Shown piece by piece: positions 20,479 through 28,935 of a DNA stretch of 64,000 nt. Position numbers and translations under genes: made by a program. The DNA comes from Vicinamibacteria bacterium (GTDB lineage: Bacteria > Acidobacteriota > Vicinamibacteria > Vicinamibacterales > UBA8438): NCBI GenBank assembly GCA_963578725.1, contig CAUZDS010000001.1:70841-134840 (forward strand). The letters are read 5' to 3'. The notes beneath the pieces were generated by a model. The model did no database searches. It saw only the letters and a program-made list of their open reading frames with translations, and had not been told where the DNA came from. The stretch's first letter is position 1. Every line of letters begins with the position of its first letter.

Positions 20479-21122
20479 GTCGTCATTCCGTTGACGAAGA
20501 GGTCAACGACCTCGTCCGCCTGGACCGGTAGGGCATAGTGCCACCGGCTGAGAACCCAGTTGGTGGCCATTTCGCCCAGGGCGCCGTACAGCATCTTGGC
20601 GGCGAATGTCGGGCTGATGTCGTGGCGAAAGAGCCGGGCGGTCTGGGCGTCGGCGATCGCGTCGCGAATGGCGTGCAGGTAGCTCCGGAGCAGGGTGGAG
20701 GAAAAGCGCTCCATGAACTTGGTGGATTGTCGCAGCTCGACCTGAAATACCACCGCCAGGTCGCGGTCCTGTCCCAAACGTTCCAGGTGCAGCCTGGCCA
20801 GCCGTCGGAGACGATCGACCGGGTCGTTGATCCCGGCCAGTGCGTGGCGGCCGGCCTCGATCCCTTCGTGCATCGTGCGCTCGAAGATCGAGATCAGCAG
20901 GTCGTCCTTGCTCTCGAAATACAGCTAAACGGTGCCGGCGGCGATGCCCGCCTCTCGCACCACGTCGGCGACCTGCGCATTGAAGAAGCCGCGGCGAGCA
21001 AACAGCTTCGTGGCGGCTTTGAGGATGAGCTCGCGCTTGTCACCTAGGTGTTGTGACCGTGGCGCGCGATGGACCGCGGAGGTGACGGGTATCTGCCTCG
21101 GCGGGAATGAATGAACATTCAT
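20475..21122 (-). pseudogene. TetR-family (FadR/YsiA-like) regulator with an in-frame TAG after codon 65
   Basis: ORF 20925..21122 ends ...VADVVREAGIAAGTV*. The same frame continues LYFESKDDLLISIFERT into ORF 20475..20873. The TAG at 20925..20927 sits where TetR proteins carry the Tyr of the GT(L/V)Y.YF motif. Confidence 0.8.
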
Positions 21123-21131
21123 TCATTCCCG
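21102..21131. promoter_or_regulatory. 30-bp palindrome, candidate TetR/FadR operator
   Basis: CGGGAATGAATGAA-CA-TTCATTCATTCCCG, with perfect 14-nt arms. It overlaps the ATG (21120..21122) of the TetR gene that heads the fad operon. Confidence 0.6.
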
Positions 21132-21190
21132 GATCCTGCTGCGCCAGCGCCCGTGTGCCGCTGCCCCGGCGCCGCCAGGCTTCTAGGCTC

Positions 21191-22129
21191 CTAGGGCAGC
21201 TGGCTCAGCACGGCCTGCGCCTGCACGGCTTCCTCGGAGTCCGGTTCCTTATCGACGACCTGTGCAAAAAACGTCTTGGCGGTCTCGGTGTCACCCTTGT
21301 TCAGCGCGACCAGCGCCAGCTTGAACAGCGGCTTCGCCCAGTTCGGGTCGGCCGCCGCCGCCTTTTCATACCAGCCAGCAGCCGCATCGACATCACCCTT
21401 GGCGAACTCCAGCTCGCCGAGGTTATAGAGGTCCTCGCGGGACGAGTTCGCGCCTGCCAGCGCGTCGCCGACCGCATCGAAATCACCCATCGCCATGCGG
21501 GTCCTGGCGATCTCGGCCTCGACCTCAGACTCCAATAAAGCGTCGCCCTCCCGGGCTTGCTCGAACAACCCAAGCGCCTCGTCGTAGTTCTGCAACTGGC
21601 GGTGGGCGATCCCGATCTGCATGTGCAGGTCGTTCATGATCGGCAACTGTTCCAGGATCTCAGAGTAGCCGTCGATCGCTGCCTGCCACTGCTCGTCGTT
21701 GTAAGCGGCATCGGCGGCCTCGAGATTTTGCTCGATCAAATTCGGGTCGAGCCCCTCGAATGCCTCGTCACCAAGCGCCACCACCAGTGGGTGCCGGATG
21801 CGGGCCAGATCGATCGTCGACGGCGGGTTGACTCCAAAGCGGAGCTGGATCGGCCCGGGACTGGGATGAAAACCCTCGGCCTCCACCGTGACCATCCATT
21901 CACCGCTTGCCAGCCCGATCATGGACCACCGGCCATTGTCGTCCGTCTGTTGCTCGAATCTCGGCGGGTTCGCGTCAGCCATTTCGGCGACCACCGTCGC
22001 GCCGGGGAGGGGGTTACCATCCTCGTCCACGACGACGCCTTGGAATATAGCACCCTGCGCCAGCACGGTCGGGGCGAGCACGCCCGCGGCCAACATGATG
22101 ACCAAGAAAGACAAGAAATGCTTGCGCAT
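21191..22129 (-). CDS. Exported CarboxypepD_reg-like domain plus TPR-repeat protein
   Basis: Signal peptide MRKHFLSFLVIMLAAGVLAPTVLAQG, then the beta-sandwich segment GVVVDEDGNPLPGATV...DDNGRWSMIGLASGEW, then TPR-like helices. Confidence 0.75.
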   Translation of the reverse strand: MRKHFLSFLVIMLAAGVLAPTVLAQGAIFQGVVVDEDGNPLPGATVVAEMADANPPRFEQQTDDNGRWSMIGLASGEWMVTVEAEGFHPSPGPIQLRFGVNPPSTIDLARIRHPLVVALGDEAFEGLDPNLIEQNLEAADAAYNDEQWQAAIDGYSEILEQLPIMNDLHMQIGIAHRQLQNYDEALGLFEQAREGDALLESEVEAEIARTRMAMGDFDAVGDALAGANSSREDLYNLGELEFAKGDVDAAAGWYEKAAAADPNWAKPLFKLALVALNKGDTETAKTFFAQVVDKEPDSEEAVQAQAVLSQLP

Positions 22130-22327
22130 GTCAGGCTCCTACGTATCGCAGATATCTAGAATCACACCACCGTCAGCCACGCCGGCGACGCGACATGGCA
22201 GCGCACACCGCACCCACCTAGTATAAACCATGCGCGCCAATAAGCCATCCGCACCGCAGTGGTGAACCGCACGGGGCGCCGATGAGCACCTGCCTGCCTG
22301 GCGAGACCGACTCGCTCCCTGCGGCCA

Positions 22328-22975
22328 CTAGCGGGCAGTCTGGCTGGCGACATCGACCGTCGCCCGTGCTTCCGCGTTCAACGGATCGGCATCGAGCGCC
22401 GCCCGATAGGCGGCGAGCGCCTGATCCGGCTCCTGTTTCTCCCCGAAGGCGTGGCCGATCTGCAGATAGAGGCTGCTCAGCGCGGGCACCCGTTCCAGGA
22501 TCGACCGATAGGCGTCGATGGCAGCGTCGTATTCGCCGCCGGCGAAGAGACTCTCCGCCTCTTCCAGGCTCGCGACGACGTCCTGTGCCTTCAGCCCGGC
22601 GAGGACGCCGAATTCCGGCGCCGGCGGGTTGAGCATGTCCCGTTCCAGCCTGAACCGCGCCGTGGTCACGCCCCCGCCCCGGACGTCTACGAATCCCTGG
22701 ACCGGTTCGAAGCCTTCGGCCCGGATGACGACCAACCACTCGCCCCGATTTAGACCGATGACGGAAAAGCGGCCCGAGCGGTCCGTCGTTTCGTCGAAGC
22801 CCCTGTTCCAGTAGCCACTCTCCATCCTCACCGTAGCGCCGGCGATCCCGCCGCCATCGCGGTTCCTGACGATGCCGCGGAGCTGTCCTTGCGCGGCGGC
22901 CGGTACCGCCACGCAGGTAACCAGACCGGCGGCCAGGACGAGACGACAGGCGAGCGGTCGGATGGTTAGAATCAT
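22328..22975 (-). CDS. Exported CarboxypepD_reg-like plus TPR protein (paralogue of 21191..22129)
   Basis: ATG at 22975 gives signal MILTIRPLACRLVLAAGLVTCVAVPAAAQG. It has the same architecture as its neighbour (GIVRNRDGGGIAGATV...DRSGRFSVIGLNRGEW, then TPR). Confidence 0.75.
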   Translation of the reverse strand: MILTIRPLACRLVLAAGLVTCVAVPAAAQGQLRGIVRNRDGGGIAGATVRMESGYWNRGFDETTDRSGRFSVIGLNRGEWLVVIRAEGFEPVQGFVDVRGGGVTTARFRLERDMLNPPAPEFGVLAGLKAQDVVASLEEAESLFAGGEYDAAIDAYRSILERVPALSSLYLQIGHAFGEKQEPDQALAAYRAALDADPLNAEARATVDVASQTAR

Positions 22976-23088
22976 CGCAGGCTCCCGTCCGGGGTTGTGA
23001 CAACGAACGTCCGACTCGAGACACGAGCATAGGACGGTGTAAACGCAGCTAACATCATCAGAAATCGTCAGAAAGTATAATCCAATCG

Positions 23089-25452
23089 GTGCCAACGCAA
23101 GATCATAAACGTCGACTGATCAGGCGCGCCTGGGCGCTGGCGTGCGTTCTGGCCTGTGTGTGGCTGGTTGTGGAGGTGGCATCCGCCTTTGCCGAGATCG
23201 ACCGCGTCAGACTGGCTCGCATCGGGACTCTCGTCGAGGACGCGATGCGGGACGGCCAGCTGCCGGGCGCGGTGGTCCTCGTCGGGCATGCCGGCGAGAC
23301 GGTGTATGAGCGGGCATTCGGGGCACGTGTGGCGAGTGGGACCACTGAACCGATGACGCTCGACACGATTTTCGATCTGGCGTCGTTGACCAAGGTCGTG
23401 GCGACAACGACCGCCGTCATGATTCTCGTCGAGGAGGGGCGTCTCCGGCTTGGCGATCGCGTCGTGACCCACCTGCCCGAGTTCGCGAGCCACGGCAAGG
23501 ACCGGATCACAATCGAACAGCTGCTGACCCATGTGTCCGGGCTGCGTCCGGATCTGCCCTTGGCGGAGGTCTTCGAGGGTGCCGACACGGCGATCGCCCG
23601 CGCCGCCGACGAAGTGCCGGAGGCGGGTCCAGGCGAACGCTTCATTTACAGCGACATCAACTTCTTCGTGCTGGCGGAGATCGTCCGCCGTGTGACGGGG
23701 CAGACCCTCGACCGCTTCGCGCACGACCGGGTCTTCCAGCGGATCGGGATGACCGACACCGGGTTCAATCCACCCGCGTCGCTGGCGCCGCGGATCGCGC
23801 CGACCGAACCGTGCGCACCGCTGGCGTGGCCCTGCGGCGGCGACGGAGCGGCGATGCTTCGTGGTCGCGTGCACGATCCGACGGCGCGGCGGATGGGCGG
23901 GGTCGCCGGTCATGCGGGGCTGTTCAGCACGGCCGGCGACCTGGCCCGGTTTTGTCGGATGCTGCTGGGCGGTGGGGTGCTCGATGGCGTACGGGTCCTC
24001 GCGCCGCTCTCCGTCGCCCGAATGACACGGGTTTCGACGCCGCCGCATCTGGCCGATCGGCGCGGCCTCGGGTGGGATGTCGACTCGCGGTTCTCCTCGG
24101 CCCGCGGCGACCTTTTTCCAGTAGGGTCGTACGGGCACACCGGCTTCACCGGAACCTCGCTCTGGCTCGACCCTGGGTCGGACACTTTTGTCGTCTTTCT
24201 GTCGAACCGACTGCACCCGTCCGGCGGGGGCGACGTCACCGCGCTGCGGGGCCGCGTCGCGACCGTGGTCGCCTCGGCATTGTCGAACGTCCCGGCTGGC
24301 GATGCCGCGGCTGCGGTCGACACTCCGGTGCAAACCGGCCTCGACGTGATCCGGGAGGAGGGATTCGAGCGGCTGGCCGGCGCGCATGTGGGGCTGGTCA
24401 CGAACCAGACCGGGCAGGCGCACGACGGTGCCACCACGATCGATCTGCTGCAGGCCGCGCCCGGTGTCGAACTGGTCGCGCTGTTTAGCCCGGAGCACGG
24501 TATCCGGGGCGCGATGGACGGCCCGGTTTCTTCGACGCTGGACGCACGCACCGGGCTTCCGATCCATTCGCTCTACGGTGAGACCCGCCGGCCGACAGCC
24601 GAGATGTTGCGGGGGATCGACACGCTGGTGGTCGATCTGCAGGATGTCGGGGCGCGGTTCTACACCTACGCGACGACGATGGCGTATGTGCTCGAAGCTG
24701 CGGCATCGCGTGGCGCGAGGGTGGTCGTGCTGGACCGGCCGAACCCGATCGGCGGTGTCGATGTGGAAGGTCCGATCCTTGACGAATCATCGATCGGGTT
24801 CACCGGGTATTTTCCGGCGCCGGTGCGTCACGGTCTCACGCTCGGGGAGCTGGCCAGGCTGTTCAACGCCGAGCGCGGGATCGGCGCGCGGCTGGAGGTC
24901 GTCGCGATGCGGGGCTGGCGCCGCGCGACCTGGTTCGACCAGACCGGTCTGGCATGGGTGAACCCGTCGCCGAACATGCGCAACCTGCATCAGGCGCTGC
25001 TCTATCCCGGCCTCGGCGCCATCGAGGGCGCCAACGTGTCGATGGGGCGCGGCACAGATACGCCGTTCGAGCAGATCGGGGCGCCGTGGATCGACGGCCA
25101 GGAACTGGCTCTGGAGCTCAACTCGCGGCGGCTGCCCGGTGTGCGCGTCTACCCATTGCGCTTCAGCCCCGACTCGAGCCGGTTCGCCGGCGAGCCGTGT
25201 GAAGGGGTGTTCTTCGTCATCACCGATCGCGAAACCCTGCGACCCGTGCGGGTCGGCCTCGAGGTGGCCGCCGCCCTGCATCGCCTGTACGGCGACAGGT
25301 TTCAGCTCGATGCGACGGTGAGACTGTTCGGGTCGCGTGACACGCTGGAGAGAATCCGCGCCGGCGACCCGACCTGGGAGATCGCCGCGGGGTGGGCAGA
25401 GGACGAAACGGCATGGCGGCGGTTGACCGTCCCGTATCTCCTCTACGAGTGA
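23089..25452 (+). CDS. Fusion protein: N-terminal beta-lactamase-fold serine hydrolase (AmiE/AmpH-like) plus C-terminal DUF1343 (NamZ-like exo-muramidase)
   Basis: Single 787-aa ORF with an N-terminal hydrophobic anchor. SxxK motif ASLTKVV is present with YSD and HTGFTG downstream. From about aa 420, GLVTNQTG...SPEHGIRG...LVVDLQDVGARFYTY is typical of DUF1343. Confidence 0.8.
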   Translation: MPTQDHKRRLIRRAWALACVLACVWLVVEVASAFAEIDRVRLARIGTLVEDAMRDGQLPGAVVLVGHAGETVYERAFGARVASGTTEPMTLDTIFDLASLTKVVATTTAVMILVEEGRLRLGDRVVTHLPEFASHGKDRITIEQLLTHVSGLRPDLPLAEVFEGADTAIARAADEVPEAGPGERFIYSDINFFVLAEIVRRVTGQTLDRFAHDRVFQRIGMTDTGFNPPASLAPRIAPTEPCAPLAWPCGGDGAAMLRGRVHDPTARRMGGVAGHAGLFSTAGDLARFCRMLLGGGVLDGVRVLAPLSVARMTRVSTPPHLADRRGLGWDVDSRFSSARGDLFPVGSYGHTGFTGTSLWLDPGSDTFVVFLSNRLHPSGGGDVTALRGRVATVVASALSNVPAGDAAAAVDTPVQTGLDVIREEGFERLAGAHVGLVTNQTGQAHDGATTIDLLQAAPGVELVALFSPEHGIRGAMDGPVSSTLDARTGLPIHSLYGETRRPTAEMLRGIDTLVVDLQDVGARFYTYATTMAYVLEAAASRGARVVVLDRPNPIGGVDVEGPILDESSIGFTGYFPAPVRHGLTLGELARLFNAERGIGARLEVVAMRGWRRATWFDQTGLAWVNPSPNMRNLHQALLYPGLGAIEGANVSMGRGTDTPFEQIGAPWIDGQELALELNSRRLPGVRVYPLRFSPDSSRFAGEPCEGVFFVITDRETLRPVRVGLEVAAALHRLYGDRFQLDATVRLFGSRDTLERIRAGDPTWEIAAGWAEDETAWRRLTVPYLLYE

Positions 25453-25500
25453 GTTGGGAAGTGAGTCGCGCCGTCGCCAGGCTCGCGGCCGCCGTGGCGC

Positions 25501-25917
25501 TTACATCTGATACAGCATCCAGTACACGATCACACCGGTTATCGAAACATAGAGCCAGATCGGTAGCGTCCACCTCGCGATGGCGACATGCCGCGCGTCA
25601 TTCCGTTGCAGACCACGCCGGAGCGTTACCAACGCCAGCGGCAGAATGGTCACCGCCAAGGTGACGTGCGAGATGAGCACGGCGAAGTAGACAGTGCGGA
25701 TCGGACCCTGGCCTGTGTAGGGTCGGGATCCGACCTGCGCGTGATAGACGAGGTACGACACGAGGAACAGCGTCGAGGTGGCGAACGCCGCCAGCATGCA
25801 CAAGCGATGCTGTTCGACCTGCCCGCGCCGGATCAGCAGGTATCCGCTCACCAGCAGCGCGGCGGCGATACTGTTCAGTATGGCGTTGACCGCCGGGAGC
25901 ATCGTGACTTCGAGCAT
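25501..25917 (-). CDS. DUF420 membrane protein (cytochrome oxidase-associated, CtaM-like)
   Basis: 138-aa, four-helix protein with the HRLCM...YLVYH...VLISHV pattern. It lies next to ctaB/ctaA. Confidence 0.75.
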   Translation of the reverse strand: MLEVTMLPAVNAILNSIAAALLVSGYLLIRRGQVEQHRLCMLAAFATSTLFLVSYLVYHAQVGSRPYTGQGPIRTVYFAVLISHVTLAVTILPLALVTLRRGLQRNDARHVAIARWTLPIWLYVSITGVIVYWMLYQM

Positions 25918-25974
25918 CGCTAGAACTCCACCGTGATTCCCAAGCCGGGAGCCTCGACCCAGTCTGGGTGCGGC

Positions 25975-26862
25975 TTATCCAACGGCGTCCACCAGGAGCA
26001 ACCCCCAAATTAACGGCAGATACAGCAGGGTCGCTCTGAAGAACGCCCGTGCCCGGTTGATCGACCGGCTGGCGGCGAACCGCATGCCGAGCACGAGCAG
26101 CACGGTCCCGAGCATCGCCGCGCCAGTGGCGTAGGCTGGACCTGTCAGACCGATCCACGTCGGCATCAAGCTGACCGGCACCAGCAGCACCGTGTAGGCG
26201 ACCAGATGCCGCGCGGTGCGAAGGCCGCTCGGGTCGTTCACCGACAGCAGCGGCAGGCGCGCGTTCGCGAAATCGTCACGATACAACCAAGTCAATGCCA
26301 GAAAGTGCGGAAGCTGCCAGACGAAGACGATCGCGAACAGCGACCACGCACCGGCCGAGAGTGGACCTGCGGCAGCCCAGCCGATAACCACCGGCAGGCC
26401 ACCCGGGACCGCCCCAACCAGGAGGGCCCAGTGGGTGCGTCGCTTCAGCGGCGTGTAGACGCCGACGTAGCTCACCAGGGTGGCGAGCGCCACGACGGCC
26501 GCCGCCAGACTGGCACCGAGCGACAGTTGGGCCAACCCCACGACGGCCAGCAGGACGGCGGCCCACGCCGCGTCCGCGGGCTGCAGCCGCCCCGCCGGGA
26601 TCGGCCGGTCGCGAGTCCGGCGCATACGCTCATCGAGATCACGCTCGGCGATCTGGTTGAGCGCGGCCGCGCTGCCTGCCACGAGCGCCGCGCCGACTGT
26701 CGTGTTCACGAACACGACGAGGTCGAACTCCGCACCCGACCCGCCGAGATACCCGACCCCCGTTGTCACGACCACCAGCGAGTTCAGGCGTGGCTTGGTG
26801 AGCGCGACGAAATCGGCCAGACGGCTGCGCGGCGCCGGGAGGGCTACCGTGCCCGTCTTCAA
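25975..26862 (-). CDS. ctaB: Protoheme IX farnesyltransferase (heme O synthase)
   Basis: UbiA-family motifs are present (LTKPRLNSLVV, NQIAERDLDERMRRTRDRPIPAG). The proposed TTG start at 26862 overlaps the ctaA stop (TTGA). The longer ORF to 27231 overlaps ctaA. Confidence 0.8.
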   Translation of the reverse strand: MKTGTVALPAPRSRLADFVALTKPRLNSLVVVTTGVGYLGGSGAEFDLVVFVNTTVGAALVAGSAAALNQIAERDLDERMRRTRDRPIPAGRLQPADAAWAAVLLAVVGLAQLSLGASLAAAVVALATLVSYVGVYTPLKRRTHWALLVGAVPGGLPVVIGWAAAGPLSAGAWSLFAIVFVWQLPHFLALTWLYRDDFANARLPLLSVNDPSGLRTARHLVAYTVLLVPVSLMPTWIGLTGPAYATGAAMLGTVLLVLGMRFAASRSINRARAFFRATLLYLPLIWGLLLVDAVG

Positions 26863-27854
26863 GCCCCCGCTCCACGGACCGCCGGTGCCGCAGCGATACC
26901 GGCTGGACGGCGCGGTGGCGGTTGGACTCGCCGCGCATCCAGAAAACGATGCCGGTTGACCCGCAACCCCAGCACCAGCGCCGTGCCAAGCACCAGGGCA
27001 CCGGTGGCAACATGCGCCGTATTGACGCCCGGGGACCGCCCGCTCAGTACCGTCCAGCCACCGAGCCCGATCTGCGTCAGTACCAGCACGACGAGTAACC
27101 AGGCTGGCCCGATCAGGCCGCGCCGCGCCGGGTGGTGCGCCAGCAGATGCCCAAGGGTAGCCAGGGTCACGAGCGCCGTCACCAGCGCGCCGGCCCGATG
27201 CAGGAAGTGCACCGCAATCGCAACGCTCCACTCGGGTGGCACCACGCGACCGAAGGCCAGGGGAAAGTCAGGAATGGCCAGACCGGCGCCGATGTGCCGC
27301 ATCGTGGCGCCGATGATGATCTGCACATAGACCAGCAGCGGGAGCCCGGTCGCCAGCGCCAGTAGCATCGTGTCACCTACGACCGGCGCGTGCGTGTCGC
27401 GGGTGCCGTCACGATGCCACCCGGTGGACGTGCACAAAGCGAGAGACACGGTCAGGCAGAAGAAGATCTGCGCCAGTCCGGCGTGCGAGACCGAAATCGG
27501 CGTGGGCAGGAGATAGAGCACCGTGATGCCGCCCAGTAGCCCTTGCAGGATGACGGTGGCCAACGCGGCCACCCCGAGCCACCGCATCCAGCGCCGCGGC
27601 TCAACCCGCCAGACCCAGACCGTCAGTCCGATCGTCAGCAGCCCGACGATCGATGCGATCATCCGATGTCCGTGTTCGTAGAAGATGCCCCCCACCATCC
27701 CGGACAGGGGGAAGGCGAACATGAAGTAGCCGTAGGTACTCGGCCAGTCCGGCACGGCCAGGCCGGAGCCGGTGCTAGTGACCATACCACCCGCGGTGAT
27801 CAGCAGCAGCGTGGCCGCGCAGAGAAACTGGGCGTAGCGATGCAACCGGTTCAT
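26859..27854 (-). CDS. ctaA: Heme A synthase (COX15/CtaA)
   Basis: ATG at 27854. Contains GGMVTSTGSGLAVPDWPSTYG and paired His motifs (YEHGHRM, THRH-like HFLHRAG). Confidence 0.85.
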   Translation of the reverse strand: MNRLHRYAQFLCAATLLLITAGGMVTSTGSGLAVPDWPSTYGYFMFAFPLSGMVGGIFYEHGHRMIASIVGLLTIGLTVWVWRVEPRRWMRWLGVAALATVILQGLLGGITVLYLLPTPISVSHAGLAQIFFCLTVSLALCTSTGWHRDGTRDTHAPVVGDTMLLALATGLPLLVYVQIIIGATMRHIGAGLAIPDFPLAFGRVVPPEWSVAIAVHFLHRAGALVTALVTLATLGHLLAHHPARRGLIGPAWLLVVLVLTQIGLGGWTVLSGRSPGVNTAHVATGALVLGTALVLGLRVNRHRFLDARRVQPPPRRPAGIAAAPAVRGAGA

Positions 27855-27989
27855 CGGACATTCGGGCAAGAGGCGGCTGGCCGGTCGGCGCATCACTGGT
27901 CGACACGAAGCTACCAACACGGGCCGCGAAGACCGGACACCGCACATGCGGCGTCCGGCTTTCCCCGGCCGACGATCGTACCGGCCGCC

Positions 27990-28751
27990 CTATGGCGCGG
28001 TGAACGTGAACGAGACCTCGGCGGTCTGCCCCGTCGCCACGGTAACGTTCTGGGTCTGGGTACCCAGTTGCTCGTGCCAGGCTTCGAGGACGTAGTCGCC
28101 CGGCGGCAGCGTACTGATGTCGAACAAGCCGTCTTCCCCGGTCACCGCGAAGTAGGGGTGATCGAGCACGCCGGCGTAGGCGTTCATCCAGCCGTGCACG
28201 TCGCACCGGAAGGGCACCATGACCTCGGCGCTGTCGAACGTCCGCTCGAACCGCATGTTCTGGATCGGCTGTCCCATATTAAACTCAGCGTTCACTGCCG
28301 GGGTCGCGTGGATATTGTGGAGCGTCGGGTCGCTATTGACGATCTCGAGGGTCTGACCCACGCGGATGCCGAACACGTGCGGGGTGTAGCGGCAACCCTG
28401 CTGGTTCAGTGTCACCGTGCCGGAGGCGGCGGGAAAGCTCTGCCCCTCGAGCCCGGCCTGCACGTACACGAAGACGTTCCCCAGGTGGCCGTTCCCGCCG
28501 ACGAAGGACTCCGACATCGTGTTGGTCGCGTCCATCGCGCACACCGGGTCCGAGTTCATCATCAGCTCCTCGGGCGCGGGCATCTCGCCGTCGAGCATCA
28601 CCATCCCGGAGACGTTGCCCGCGCTGGCCGGGTCGAACGCCGGGGCTGCTGCCGCCGCCGGCGCCTCACCTTCGGCTTCACCACCGCCGCCGCAGGCGAC
28701 CGCCGCCACCATCACAAGCACGGAAAGGACTATCCACACATTTCGCTGCAT
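27990..28751 (-). CDS. Cupredoxin-like lipoprotein with an amicyanin-type copper-site pattern
   Basis: AGGAGA lies 6 nt upstream of ATG 28751. Lipobox VAAVACGG. Candidate type-1 Cu ligands are HNIH ... CDVHGWM (C-x2-H-x2-M). A C-terminal CarboxypepD_reg-like segment is GEDGLFDISTLPPGDYVLEAW. Confidence 0.6.
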   Translation of the reverse strand: MQRNVWIVLSVLVMVAAVACGGGGEAEGEAPAAAAAPAFDPASAGNVSGMVMLDGEMPAPEELMMNSDPVCAMDATNTMSESFVGGNGHLGNVFVYVQAGLEGQSFPAASGTVTLNQQGCRYTPHVFGIRVGQTLEIVNSDPTLHNIHATPAVNAEFNMGQPIQNMRFERTFDSAEVMVPFRCDVHGWMNAYAGVLDHPYFAVTGEDGLFDISTLPPGDYVLEAWHEQLGTQTQNVTVATGQTAEVSFTFTAP

Positions 28752-28935
28752 TGATATTCTCCTAGGCACACCATCCGATTCGTTTGTGGATTGAGCGAGC
28801 CGCGCTGATCATCCGCCCGACCCGGGCAACACGCGAAGAACGGAAGAACGACGGCAATTCGACGAATCCGACCCTATTAATTATCACACGGTCATGGGCG
28901 TGTAAACCGAGGGTGGTCGGTGCGCCTGGTGTCCG

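Noticed and set aside
21107-21538. 143-aa plus-strand ORF starting inside the palindrome.
   Set aside because: It is antisense to the TPR gene 21191..22129. Its ATG is a by-product of the ATGAATGAA palindrome.
23068-24567. 499-aa minus-strand ORF.
   Set aside because: It is entirely antisense to the well-supported hydrolase/DUF1343 fusion. It is extremely Arg/Pro/Gly-rich, which is typical of a shadow ORF in GC-rich DNA.
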